64,000 nt of DNA from Enoplolaimus lenunculus. Its lineage: Eukaryota. The translations under genes were made by a program, and so were the position numbers. Under the pieces are notes generated by a model, which was not told the origin of the DNA, did no database searches, and saw nothing but the letters and a program-made list of their open reading frames with translations. The DNA lies in NCBI GenBank assembly GCA_030248215.1, contig JASANG010001204.1, forward strand, positions 1 to 64,000, written 5' to 3'. This document shows positions 49,701-62,465 of the stretch, piece after piece (position 1 is the stretch's first letter; every line of letters starts with the position of its first letter).

Positions 49701-52700
49701 AAAGAGCAAGCTTCAATTTCAGTCAAAAATCAAAACTTATTCAAGTCCAAAATGACAAAATATATTGCGGCGACTTTGTGAAAGCTTATAGACTTATTTA
49801 TTGTTTTATACTGTTGTAAACAACTCCAGCTTAGGTATATACTTACTGTTACTTTCGGTACTCGATCCTCGTAACAATCTGGTCACAGAATCTTTCTGGC
49901 TCTTGTTGTGGCTTTCAGTTGTACTGTCTTCTGACACGCTACGCGAAATCGATGACGCCGTACTACGTCGTGGTGGTGGCGGATGTACTGTAGCAGTGAT
50001 GGTTGTACTATTCATAGGAGTTTCTTTTTGCAATCGTTCTTCAACAGTTAATTGGTTATCGCTTTCTGATTGGACGGAATTTTGTGTTAGTATTGACTGT
50101 TGTTTCGCCAAATGCTGCTTATCATTAATTGCGTCAAGAGTTGGCCAATGAGAAGCGTTTGAGTTTCTTTTCGATACTGTAACGGTTTCTAATAGGTTAG
50201 TGTGCTTGTCGACTTCGCAAACACTGCCAGATTTAGCCAGTGACGAACGACAAGCTTGAGAATGAGATTTGTCAGTACTTGCTGAGGCAATTGACTGAAC
50301 GGAATCCTGGTGCAAAGAGGTGGTTGGTGATTGGCCAGTTTCATAAGATTTTTCTGCGATGTTGTGTTCTTCAGAAGTCTGAGATCCAGAGTTTCGAGAG
50401 CTGACAATAGTTTCTGATAGTTGATCTTGTTCTAAGGCAGCAGGAACCCGTGTGTCAAGCACAGTGTTTTTCTCAAGTTTAGACGAAGATGGCTTTTCAT
50501 TTGACAACTCTGAACAATGGGCGTTTTGTTGGTTTTTATAGTCTAAGAATATACCTTTGCCAGGTTGATGATCAATATTCAAGGCAGATGTTGTAATGGT
50601 AGGGCCGAGATTCGTTTTCGAATTGGTATCAGATGTTGCAGAATATGGTTCGCGAGGTTGTCGGGCATTATTATTGTCCTAAAACGATGAACATCGTTAC
50701 CACTAACCATAATCCATGACTAACTTTAGGTATTATTTATTTTGGTCTGGTAGTCAGGGCCTGAATAGCCGACCCCATACCCCCAATTTGGGGAAGCCCA
50801 CCACTAAAGGAGCCTCGCTTAAGTTTTAAAACGCACCTGGCCCCGCCCTGGAATTTGGGGAGATCACCCGTGCCTGCTCCGGCACTGGGTAAAGTTAATA
50901 TACGGTCGATCCCTGTTCACAACATCGGCCCATGTAATTTAAGGGGCGTCCAGGTTTCTGGTGGGTCATTAAAAGAGTAGGTTTAGATTCTAGATTACAT
51001 TTTTTGCTTAGGCTTAGGCTTAGGCTAGGCTTAGACTTAGGAATACGCTTAACCTGTAGTTACACCCCTTAAAGTAACGTTGGCCACAACATCTGTAAAT
51101 TTGTATTCGCGGGTTAGGTCAACGTAAAAACCAGTCGCATGATTTGTACGTGAAGTTTAAAGCTCGAAAGTATTGCACAGGACAAAAGATATTAAAACAC
51201 GAGATGCGGGCTGTGTTTGCAAAGATGTGTTATATTTTGATTTCTACCCGTCCCGAACTTGCACTTCAAGTTGCAAAATTGAAACATCTTACGTAAACAT
51301 GGAAGCGGAGTAATCTGTAGCCGCTCCACTCAACCCCATTTTATGCGGGATTTTTTTCTTGTTGCCCCAAAAGACCTACAATAACCGTACCGTAGCAATC
51401 TGTCCCACGAACAGCAGTTTAACAAAAATTAGCAGGATTTCAGCAAGTTTACGCTGATTTTTACATTTTTACAATTTTGATGCAACAACGATTTTTTCTT
51501 ATCCAGTACAATTTCAACCTGAGTTCAGCAAGGCCTCACGGAGCCCGACGCCTCACGGTGCAGATACGGAATACGGATCCCCTAGAAATTTAATAAAAAC
51601 TACTACATTTATAGATATAGACGCGCTGAGTTCAACGGTACCATTTTTATTGCTGCAGGTTCTTCGGTTCAATAGTTATGGCCCTTTAAATTTTAACTTT
51701 TTATTATATATATATAAAACGTACAAACGCCAATCAAATTTGTATAAGGAATAAACGTAAAGCTTATATTTTACGAACATGTGAACGATGGATACTTCCT
51801 GTTACAATCTTTGTGTGTTTGCACAATAATTTCTAGGACCGTAACTTTTGAACCGTTGGTGATGCCGACGTAACAATGGTACCATTGAATTCAGCTCATC
51901 TAGATCAACAGCATGGACCACTTTTATTAAAATCCTAGGTGGGTCCAGATTCCGTATTTCCGATCGCCACACTGTCATCTGTGGTCTGATGTTGCAACAA
52001 GGTCCACCTATATTGGCAGACTTTATTCAACTCCGAAAGTTGCAAACGTTTTAAGCCAGTAGCAAGAAAAAAGAAAATAATTAATACTTTACAACTTCTA
52101 AACTGCTTATCCTATTAGCATACGAATTGCTAGATAAAACAAGCACAAACTGATGTGATAATTTTATACGTTTGATAAAACCGCAAATAAACCTAACTAC
52201 AGGCCCGTAGCCATCTCACCTTTCTAGGGGGGCATAAACTTTTTCAAGAGGGGCATTCAAGGGTTTTCGATGACTTACAAGCAAGGTTAATAATTTTCTA
52301 GGGGATCCAAAATTTTTCCAGGGAGGGGAGGCTGAGCCCCCTGCCCCACCCTGCTTACGGGCCTGCATAACTATCAAAATTATGACATAAAATACCAAAT
52401 ATAAATGAAAATAGAATACCGATTAACTCAATTACAACTTTATGATATCGCTGTGGAAATGGAAATCAGCTTTTTTTGATCATCCGGCAGGCCCGTGTCC
52501 AGTTCACCTTGTTTTTGGGGGATAGGAAATTTTCAGGAGAGACATACAAAGGTTATCAATGACTTGCAAACAAGGTTGAAAACTTTCTTGATGGCAAAAA
52601 TTTTCCAGGCGGCTGAGCCGCCACCCCCTGCCCCTTTTGCTTACGGGCCCGTCGTCCGGCTGTACGTTTCAAGTCCAATAACACTTGTAACTGGCTACCA

Positions 52701-55700
52701 TGATATCGTATGGTAACAATAAACATAAGAATAATGATTAGTGCTTTTTATGAAGCGTAATGTTATTCACTAAGTGTTTCCAAGATATAACCAATTTTAC
52801 GTCATTTCTCCCTTGAGAAAGGACAAATTCAGTTTTTTTATATTTCAATCCCATAAAAAAGTTTTAGAATTTTGTTAATTTAAATGTTTTTTCGAAGTGT
52901 TTTACCTACTTAAATCAACCTAAAGACAACTATAATTTCTTTAATATAGCATTTGTTTAGTCTTAAACGGAAATTAAAACTTTATGCATAATATCATACT
53001 CTACATAACATTCTGTTTCAGTGCACCAACTGGCCATAGACTAAAATTGTTTCGACTAGCGATTGGATCTGCGATTTAAATCCTGAAGGGTCCGTACCTA
53101 CAGGGGTTCAAAGAAGCTCAACCACCCTGGAAGAATTTTGCCCCCACTGAAATTTTTAACCTTGCTTGAAAGTCATCGAAAACGCTTGTATGCCCCTCCT
53201 GAAAATTTTTTTAGCTCTCCTAGCTAGGTGAGCCGGCTACGGAGCTGTATTCTGATGCTTTCTACAGTCTAAAAGTTAACGAAATTTTGACACATCTACC
53301 TTCCTAAAGAAGTACCCAGCATTTGTAACGATTACAAACATTGAATTTTTAGTTGCTACAGGAGGCAAGAAAAATTTTGCCAACGTAGATTTTTTAATAC
53401 TGTCAAGAAATTTCGTTTGGGGGCACAAGTTCCTGTATAGAGGGGCGACGTTCTCTAGTCCCCTCGTACCGTAGCTGCAGCACTGTTTGGACAATACCAA
53501 AATACGTGTTCAGCAGAATCGTATAATGAATTTTATTTATTGTTATATTTCTACAAGATATTGAAGGTAATTTCGGCGATGTGCTAAGAGAAAAGTACTT
53601 ATTGTCTCCTGAAATGCAGCTGATTAATTTTAAAGCTTGTAAAAACGGGAAATTTGATATTTCCTCTAAGGCCTCGGTATGTGAATACAATATACAACAA
53701 GGAACAACCAGAGGCGTGCCTCCGGTCCCGGAGGGTCAGAAGTTTCAAAAAAATTTTCATAAACAGAACAAACTGTCGTGATTTCTTGAGAATGTGAAAT
53801 GCTCAATGGAGTTCATGAGAAGCTGAGATATGCAAAAATTCTCCAAGTGTAACGATTTTAGGCAAACGCGCTCGGGGTATAAAGAGCTGAAAAGACCCAA
53901 TATCACTGATATACGCAGCGGCAATACGTACAATCGCTAAAACAATGTCTGTAGTAAATTCCTCGTACATAGCGATATCCGCTATAGTGATATGGACCGG
54001 ACGACGCTTCCGGCAACGGCAAACCACCGTTCCGAACCAGATGTCGATCAACGTTCTCAATAACCGCTTAATTGGTGAACGATTACTATTGATTTTTACA
54101 TGTCGGACATTGGCTAAGACTTGACCGTATAACTGAGTGACTCGCTAAAAAATTGTGGTCACTTCCGGTCCGGTCTACATCACTAAATACATTTGTATAC
54201 AAAAATATTCAACCTCGGACTTCCCCCCCGTCCGGAACATTCTATACCGGTGTCGCTACAGCTCGCTTTTATGACACACAGAAATATATAAACAATAGAT
54301 ATAACCATCTTTTGTTTCCAAAACCTTTCAGCTCTCACGGAACCTTTTTGCAATACAACTGTTGCTGATCTGTATAGTAAACCTTAATACTGACCCGTAT
54401 TTGCTCAATTCTAGGGCAACGTTAAATAAAACCCTAAACATTCTACGTAACATATAGATAGGTAAAACAGAAAATAGACACAACTAGTACAGCTTGGCTA
54501 GCTTATACTCGAGTAAATAGAGGTAGCCATAGCAACCACGGTGTAAAACAAGCTCAATCACTGACCGAACTGGGGCCATTTCGATAGTAGCATTGATTAT
54601 GGGTGTAAGCGGCAACCGCGTCGCTAGAGATTATTTTAAAGGAAACCGCCACGCTTCAGTAATTTATGTCAATTAGGAATCTTTTCAGTTGGTAACACAA
54701 GAAACCGTTTTGGAGATTTTTATCGAACAGTAGCACGCATAAATGCTGGAGATTCCCCTGGTAAGCAGCGCTATGTAAAACAGATTGTTTACGCAGTCAT
54801 TGGCGGATCTAGAAATTTCTAACGGGGCTGTACTGCAAAATATAATAGTGAATGAACCCTCGTAAGCGAACCTTTTTAAGATGCCAATTGTATACTTTAA
54901 ATCCTTTGTGTACGTTAGATTTGCTGTTGGAAAAATGCACGGTGTCATTCCTTAACTGAATCTGCGCTTGTATGCTGGGCATTCAATAAACGACTGGGTT
55001 CTACTAATTTCCATAAATAGGATGAAGTTATCTAACAAATTAATTGTTCGCTGTAATGGTTTTTAGTGAACGACTATAGTAAAAACTACAACCGTTTGAC
55101 GATAAATCTTGCAACCTTTTCTCAAGGGCTTATAAGTGGAGGGATAAAGCGGATGAACACAGCCCTCTCGAAATTTCTGAAATCCAAGAAAAAAGTACTT
55201 TTAACAGGATTTAGAAGTAGGCGCACGCGTGAATTGTGGTGTCCGGGGCGTTAATCGACAGCTCTGCAAAAATATACGACTGTCGCCAACACCACTAAAA
55301 CCCAGCCAAATCTATTAAGCTGCGTGTTTGAATTTAAAAAGATTTAAATAAAAAATGCCCCGGCGTTCTAGTAGCTTCGCTCCCGAGGCTAACTGCTCGA
55401 TCCTTCATCTGACTCTTGGTGCCTATCAAAGCTAAAATTATTTCCCAAGCCAAGCGAAAAACAAAACTTTCTGAGCATTTATTTGGCGCCTCTAGAATAA
55501 ATCGCTCTCACGTCCCTGTTTAGAACAACACTCTTGATCCTACTAGATGTTTTCCCTTACACGAAGTTATGCCCACCTGCCCTGAAATTTAGGCTACACC
55601 CTGCCTTTTAACTATTTAACACATGACCATCTTTTTGGGAAATACGGATCACTGCGACCCTCAAGTTTGACTGACGTCCCTTCCAGAATGACCGGAAGAT

Positions 55701-58700
55701 CTGTAGTTGAACCGAAATTCCCGTTAAGCTTTAAACTTGCAAACCTACAATTAAGTCGAAGATTCAAATTTAGGTTAACATATAACATGGTGTACAAATC
55801 GGCACAAATGAAAAAAATAACTTTCAAAACGCCACAATTTCGAAATCACTCTTCAGAATAACTAAAACAAACCTATTGTCGCTAAACATATCGATACTAG
55901 TAATCGGTTGACAAATGGACTGCTAAAAAGGTTCCGATGTAGGTTTTAAGAACAAGCTTATATCATTTTTAAGCCGTTCAGAGCGAAAAAATTAGACGAT
56001 AGCTATCAGTAATAATCGAAAACTATACAACTGTTTTCTTTCAGACATGCCTGTCAACTAGTTATAGTTTAGCGGCCGTCGTTAGAGGGACGCCAGGGAC
56101 TCAGCCTTACCTGGCAAAATTTTTCTCCTGCAATAGTTTTATCACCACCTGCAAACTTGATATTACAACTGCGTATCCCACATAAAATCGTTTTGGACCC
56201 TTTTAGAAGATTTTGCTGGCCACGGGGTTATTGAGACTAAACAATAGCACTGTATTAATTCTTACAGAAACACTGACACATGAACAAAATTTTATATCTC
56301 TGAATAACGTCTCATAGTTTTAATATCTGACTAAAAAGCAGCAAAAAAAGTCCAGAAACAAGATTAACGGACATGGCAATGAACAAAAATCCTTCGGAGT
56401 ATAAGTCAGATCTGCCCAGAAGAAAGAATATAATAAGTTGTTGGGTCCGACCCAACTAACGTGGGGTAAATTAAAAATCAACAACAATCCGTAACCGACT
56501 GGAGAGTGTCCTCTAGAGAAGCAAAAAATATCAACCCCTCTTATTCGTAGGTTAGTACAGTCAATGGCGGATCCACGGGGCATAAAAATATATTTTGTTT
56601 ATAAGGTTAAGATGCACACGAAGAAAATTGTGAGAGGCGCAATGTCAACTGCAAACGGGACAAACCGTTTTACACAAACACCGCCGATGTTTGGAAATGC
56701 GTCCGACTTCTTGCTCGCATCGCTCGCGAGTGAGACCACTCTGCCTTCCCCTGATTCCTTACGTGGCTTCACTCACACACCACGCAGATCTTAAAATAAC
56801 CAACAGGTTGGTAAATGTTAATAAATTTCCTAGTTTGCTACAATCGCTGGGTTACCATTTTACTTAAGATAGCTATCATGAAACGAAATAGTCAATAACG
56901 GTAATAAAGAAAATTTTGAGAAAGGTGTGCCGTGCGCTGTTTCCCCCGGTTGGAGCATATGAAAATTGTAAAAGGTTTTTAGCCAAAATATGAGCTGTTT
57001 AGTTGATTTATTTTAGAGATGGCTTCACTTTTTAGATCCACCTTTTTGCAAATTTTGTGTGAAACTGTTCTATGGAAAAGTGTCTTCACAGCTATGAAAC
57101 ACGAGTGTGAGCTCGAACAACCTTAATAGATTAAATACCGAAGAATTCTGGAGATTACTCTACGTTGGAGGGACAAAACTGGAGATTTGGGAAACGTTCA
57201 ACCCTGTCTTCTTCGGTACAGAGGTTAGTTCCCCCCACAAAGCAAAACTAAACGAAGAAAAATATTCCCTTAAAGCTTTGAATGAAAAAGAACATGGGAC
57301 GTGTGCAAAAGGAAAGATTGCTGGGAGCGGAATATAATTTTACGCCTACCAGAATATTTACTGAGACATAAAACGGATCCCACAAAGTTTCTTATATGTG
57401 AGGGGCTATGCCGTTTTATTTGTGACTAAACTCAGCTGAACGGTCATGCTCTTTCATAATCAATTTTATTGCAATAATTAGTGGTTATCCGCAGTGAGTT
57501 AAAAACAAGTTTGTTACTAGTGACATTTTACACCGCCCACACCCCATTCTGAGGTCTTGGATCCGTCAATGACTACAGTAATACCACCAGAATCTGCGCC
57601 ACGCGGGTCAGCCCTTTGGCCTATGACGGATTGTAATTTTTAAAATTAGCAAAATTTTCCCATTACACCATGACCAATGTTCAGTGTGAAACAACTCATC
57701 GCTTTGACATCAAATTACTCTTATTTGTCAAACATACCTCGATTTGCAGTACTTCTTCAACACGTATATCACCATCAGAGTCTTGATCGGACACAGAAGT
57801 CGCTGACAAGCTTTTTATTGAGATTCGACTAGGTTGCGAGACTTTTTCCTGTACCGCGATACCTTCTCGCAAACCGCTGAATAATTCATGCGGGCCAACG
57901 GTGCTTTCAACAAAGCTTAAATGATCAGATCGAGGATTTGAACTCGCGTTCGAATGTGCATTCGCATTGGCTGACCCTGAGCTTGAATTACTACTTGTAT
58001 CACTGCTCATGCCGTCTGAAATTCCGCTATCTGTCACCGGTGTTGAGTTTAAATAATAGCTATCTGCAGTAGAATTAATAACGGAATTAGTTTGACGTCG
58101 TTGAGATTGAAAATCAAATGATAGTCCCGGTTTATCAAAGGCTGCTCTTTTTTCTGGTTTTGTATTTAAACGCTTTCGTTCAAACTGACCATTAGATGTT
58201 TCATTACTTTTACTTTCGTGTTTCTGAACAATTTCACCACAGTGTGGTACCCGTACAGTAAGTTTAGCGTTTGTCGTTCCGTTGGTGGACGATTTGCATA
58301 CGGCAAAATTAAGTTTTGATCCTTTCTGACTACTGCTAGCTTCTATTGTGCCGTCAGCATTTTTCACGGCACGTAAATTTAACGACGGTGGGGGTACAGT
58401 GAAGTAACCCTGAGTCAACGGAGGTGTTTTTTGATGGTCTTTACCCGACGCATCAGTGGATACAATTTTTGAAATTCTACAACTGGTACTATTAATGTCA
58501 CGTGCTAAAATACCCGAAATTTGAACGTTGCACAGATTCTTCGTTGAAAGCTTGCAAGAATTATTGGACTTCACCGGTTTACACAGCGTTTGGTCCTGAT
58601 TATTGGGTTTAGTGACGCTGGTGATAGAATTATTGCTTTGAGAACCAGTACAATTACGTTCTACGGGTACTGCTACGAATACAGCAGTGGCTGAATTTTC

Positions 58701-61700
58701 AATACTGCTGCCGATTTCAGTATAGGCGGTGACTATTTCTGACTCAGCTAGATCGTAAATATTGGATACAGCGCAGGGGTCTTTAAAACAAGTTGGAGTA
58801 GTAACAGTATCATTGGATGATGCCAAGTTATCTGAGTCTACAGTTGTTTGTGCAGGCAGTTGCAAATTCTGGCAATCTGAAACAGTTGGAGCAGGTGCCG
58901 GTTCGTCTTCGTCTGGTGAAAAAATATCAGGTGACGCTATACCATCGTCGCTGAAAAATATATACTTACAAAACATATTGTATTTTAACTTCAATAATTA
59001 ATGTGGCAAATTTAACAAAAACATTGAATATTTTACCTAAAATAAATTTATAAGAAAAAAGACTGCAAAATTTGAACTTTTCTGCACACTATAAATACCA
59101 TTCCAATGCCGATAAAGCTGCTATATTTTGTTATGACTCACTGTCGCGGTTAAATTAGTCTGCCAATCAACACCGTTGATCAGTAGCTGAAAAAGGATTT
59201 TCGGGCAGAAACGATACTTTTTGTGTTTTGAAATTTTACAATTAAAAATCTGATTTATAACCAAAATTTACGATATTGTAAGATTAAAAAAGCGTCAAAG
59301 GAGCAAATTTTTTTAACTTGTGTTGTATCAAAGCCATATTTTTCATATATTGGGTTAGAAACCACACTGCAAGCTTCAGATGAAACCATTTGCTTGCCCA
59401 CAATTTTCACGGCAGGGCTGGTGCGCAAAATACGTTCACGAATCTCCTCCCACCCTGGATCCGTAACCGGCGGTGATTTTTGTATATTTCCTACATTTGA
59501 TCATAATTTGTGAAATTTGATAATATTAAATTATATAACAAAAAATTATTAAAAATCAATAATTACCCTAAACTTATACGATTATATGCATGATTTCAAA
59601 TGGCTACGGGTCTCCAATGGCGGATCCATGAGGGGCCCACCCCGGCCGTGCCCCCCCGACACCATCTCGACAAAAATTCTATAGCAATTTTGTGACAATA
59701 GTTCGTGGTTTGTGTATGGGTCAAAAGTAAGTTTATTACCTGTGAAATTTTGCCCCCCCCCATTTTGAGATCATGGATCCGCCACTGCGGGTCTCTAACT
59801 TATATCTAACATTAAACTATCGTCATTGATCTTCTTGACTCCGCCAGAACACCAGCTTCAAAAAATTTAAAAATTTTAGTTTGTTCAAACGTGAAAATTT
59901 CGTTGGATTCTGAAAATTATGCAAAATCCACGCTTGACCTTTTTTCAAAATATTTTTGGCCCTTTCAGTAAGATTTGCTACGGTCTTGGTTGTTTCTCAC
60001 CTCAAACTGTCATCGTTGACATCGTTCACGTCTCCAGAACAACCACTAATCGACGGAGAGACCACTAAATCAACTGATGGATTTCGAAATTTGACAATCG
60101 GATTGCGTCGAGGCGTTGCGCTACAAGGAGGCGACCCAGGCGATTGTAAAAGTCGCTCGTTCGCTAGCTGAAGTCGCGACAAAGTTGACCGTACAAAATT
60201 ATTCGCAGCCGGAAATGCAACTGAAAATAAAACGTGGCAAAAAATAAACTATGTGATAAATAAACAAATAGCGGCAAGCATATTAATGACAGGTACGCGG
60301 GTGAATACTACTGCGACAACGTTCGACGCAAATTGCAGAGCTGACTTGAATGCTGTGAAACTTGTTGATCTTGAACAAATGGTTAGTGTAAAAATACCAA
60401 TGCGACCACAGCCCGTAAAGTTATAGAAACTTATTTGTCGAGCCTGTAATGCACACCTTCTGGTGTGAAAAGGCGCTGCAAACCGCCGAAACACAGTTGT
60501 ACTAGATCTTTGTGCGAACAGAGTCCTGTACGCGCGGTCACTGGTTTGTGGCTGAGGTGTGCAGTGGGTGTTGGGTGATATAAAACGGTTATTGAAGCCT
60601 TAGTTTTCCGGAGGCCGTGTTTGTGCGCAAATAGAGTTGAGGGTGTTGTGGAGAATTGGTCATTTTTGTCAATAGCAGTATACAAAGCCTGTACTACTCC
60701 AGAATGTGCGCCTGGATGCTAGTTTAACCCCCACGACTTACCCATGCCGGCTTGGCTTGGGTGTGTATACACTTCTAAGTATGTTTTCCTTTCCCTCCGT
60801 ATTGTTAACAATTGATTTGCTTATTTTGCTAAACCTTTGCCGAACAATGCAGTTATTTCACCATAACTTGTGAACTAGTGATCAGATAGCAGCAAATTAA
60901 AGTCCATTCGAATCAGCTGTGCTGACAAAAACTTTTTCGGCCCCAAGAAAGAGTGTAAAAAAACTAAAGGAATACAAATTTTCAAACCTTCAGATGTGTA
61001 TCTGGAATGATCAGAGGAGGTCATGAGAAGCTTAAATATATAACATTTCAGAGTAAACACTTTCTAAGTCTGGCCATTTTTGTAAAACGCGAACAGTAAA
61101 ATACCGAAAACTTTCTAAGTCTGGCCATTTTTGTAAAACGCGAACAGTAAAATACCGAAAAAAACCCAACAGTAAGGAGTCCCTGAGTCGACTTTATGGT
61201 TATTTGCTTTCAGCGAACCCGAAGTGTCCAATTCCAGTCAAATACTTGCTTAAAACTTTGAAATTCATGTTACCATTGATAGACAACTGACGACTATCTA
61301 TAGAAAACCAAGATAAATAATACAGAATTGTATAGTAAAATAGACTCCAATTATATATCAAAACCAGAAAGCATTCAGGTCGACAAATCTAAGCACTATG
61401 GTAACGAAAAAAGTTTCCTCTTGTTGACTAAGTATAATCTTTGGTGAAGCCGAAATCTCACTAATGCATGCTGCTGATCTTACGGTTAGCTGATTTTTTT
61501 ATTCTATTACTTGTAACATTGTTCGCTCAATAAATCATTATTTGGAGGAAGGATTGTAAACGAAAAAGTAAGTAGCAATGAAATGATTAATAACTTTAAC
61601 TCAAATGTCAAAAACGTCAGTTATACGACATCTTTTCGCAATTATACTCAGCACACTCGTATCGACATAGCCAGCTTTACAAACAGCGTCGAATATGACA

Positions 61701-62465
61701 AAAATTTCAACTTTTTGACCGAAAACTTTATGATCCAAAGAGGGATTAGGAAATCAAACGAAATTTTTCAAAAATTCAAATTTTGATATTTACTAGATTA
61801 CCTGCAGTCAGTATAAGTCGAAATATGTTAAAATTTTCGAAAACGCCGATTGGTCGTAAGATATACAATAGAAAAGACGTATTTTTACGAATGGCAGATC
61901 CAGGGGAACGGCGCGGTAATGGGATGCATTCTAATCGATCATTATGCGCTAAAAAAGGTTGCTATGCAAACGGTCCATCTGAAGCTCGCAGCGTGTTTTC
62001 TGGCCAAGTAGGTGTGAAATATGTCAAAGTTACATCACAAATTGAAAACTTTTATGCCTTGGCAAAACTAATCAATGTCAAAATTTTTAAAAAAACTGCT
62101 AAGAACGGGCTTTAAACCTGCAAAATAAAATTTCGAATCACAAAAATTATCTTCCACTGCAAAATCTTCTATGTGACGCTGATTTGTAGCGTATCAGCCA
62201 TTTTAATAGGGCGAAATTTACATTATTTACCATAACACGAACGGTGATTTCTGTGTTTTGGCCCTGCACTTGCTGGCGTGATAAGACATCTAGGTCGAGC
62301 AGAGCTTTGAGCAGGTGCTCTAGATGCACCTTTTTGGTTCGAGCGATGCCGATTTGACCCGTTGTGGACAGGCGACACCTGTGTTGCGTCACGTTCCTTT
62401 TGATTTGTGGTGCGTTGTGCCAATTGAGCGTCGCTGGCAGATGAGTGGGTAGATGATTGTTGCAT
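43662..62465 (-). CDS. Large Ser/Thr-rich disordered protein with C-terminal CCDC181/CCDC34-like coiled-coil repeats, ~1240 aa (exons 62231-62465, 60001-60220, 57738-58950, 49847-50678, 49032-49427, 47472-47750, 46835-47136, 44453-44599, 43662-43769)
   Basis: All GT-AG with chained phases 1,2,0,1,1,1,0,0. C-terminus RHETWLAEKR..EAEAAYDAWLRKK..EAEAAFKAWLKAK. The last exon may instead splice at 43666 to a short further exon. Confidence 0.7.
43799..43894. repeat. Tandem repeat, 32 bp x 3
   Basis: CTTACTAAAAGCCATAAAC at 43801, 43833 and 43865. Confidence 0.9.
44453..44599 (-). CDS. Coiled-coil gene exon 8
   Basis: SAAVEERTKRQMKREEAEAAFKAWLKAKRDESHERLRRQ; GTAAGA donor. Confidence 0.8.
44925..45530. 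repeat. ~20-bp minisatellite (TTTCCCGCCAAAATTTGAA), roughly 30 units
   Basis: Directly visible; flanked by inverted repeats at ~44688-44800 and ~45618-45798. Confidence 0.92.
46370..46745. mobile_element. Long-TIR palindromic MITE (same family as 51565-51956)
   Basis: Shares GACGCGC.GAGTTCA..G.TACCATTTTT and AAAGCTTA.ATTTTACGAACATGT with 51565-51956. Confidence 0.65.
46835..47136 (-). CDS. Coiled-coil gene exon 7
   Basis: SIFGLSQDELNRRQRHETWLAEK...AAYDAWLRKK; GTAAGT donor. Confidence 0.82.
47472..47750 (-). CDS. Coiled-coil gene exon 6
   Basis: LTNSTITRSP...LPPTSK; TTTTAG acceptor, GTAATT donor. Confidence 0.72.
49032..49427 (-). CDS. Coiled-coil gene exon 5
   Basis: RPSFLRQSF...AFQVHP; TTTTAG acceptor, GTAAGT donor. 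Confidence 0.78.
49847..50678 (-). CDS. Coiled-coil gene exon 4
   Basis: 832-nt open frame; TTTTAG acceptor, GTAAGT donor. Confidence 0.8.
50927..51085. mobile_element. GGCC-ended MITE with internal TTAGGC repeats (Merlin-like)
   Basis: GGCCCATGTAATTTAAGGGGCG...CCCCTTAAAGTAACGTTGGCC; perfect 8-bp TSD ACAACATC. Confidence 0.88.
51565..51956. mobile_element. Long-TIR palindromic MITE
   Basis: TACGGAAT..GGATCCCCTAG / CTAGGTGGGTCCAGATTCCGTA; GCTGAGTTCAACGGTACCAT / ATGGTACCATTGAATTCAGC. Confidence 0.7.
52200..52365. mobile_element. hAT-type MITE
   Basis: CAGGCCCGTAGC...GCTTACGGGCCTG; TSD CCTAACTA/CATAACTA. Confidence 0.82.
52488..52651. mobile_element. hAT-type MITE
   Basis: CAGGCCCGT...TACGGGCCCG; TSD TCATCCGG/TCGTCCGG. 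Confidence 0.8.
54523..54536. promoter_or_regulatory. Consensus RFX X-box in an intron of the coiled-coil gene
   Basis: GTAGCCATAGCAAC fully matches GTHNYY-AT-RRNAAC. Confidence 0.45.
56562..57571. mobile_element. 1.0-kb non-autonomous hAT-type element
   Basis: CAATGGCGGATCC...GGATCCGTCAATG; TSD AGTACAGT/ACTACAGT; sits in the right TIR of a family A MITE. Confidence 0.75.
57738..58950 (-). CDS. Coiled-coil gene exon 3
   Basis: 1.2-kb open frame with TTTTCAG acceptor and GTATGT donor. Confidence 0.82.
59615..59787. mobile_element. hAT-type MITE
   Basis: CAATGGCGGATCC...GGATCCGCCACTG; perfect 8-bp TSD CGGGTCTC. Confidence 0.9.
60001..60220 (-). CDS. Coiled-coil gene exon 2
   Basis: TTTTCAG acceptor; AFPAANNFVRSTLSRLQ...VKFRNPSVDLVVSP; GTGAGA donor. 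Confidence 0.7.
61059..61160. repeat. Tandem duplication, 2 x 51 bp
   Basis: ACTTTCTAAGTCTGGCC at 61059 and 61110. Confidence 0.92.
62231..62465 (-). CDS. Coiled-coil gene, putative exon 1
   Basis: AAAATG start; MQQSSTHSS...RSCY; GTAAAT donor, phase 1. Confidence 0.6.

Noticed and set aside
53803..54060. Additional exon or small gene
   Set aside because: No recognisable product, and it is not needed for phase continuity between 57738 and 50678.
1771..62465. Nematode operon of three co-oriented genes
   Set aside because: Intergenic gaps of ~4.8 kb and ~14.5 kb filled with repeats are far longer than typical operon spacing.
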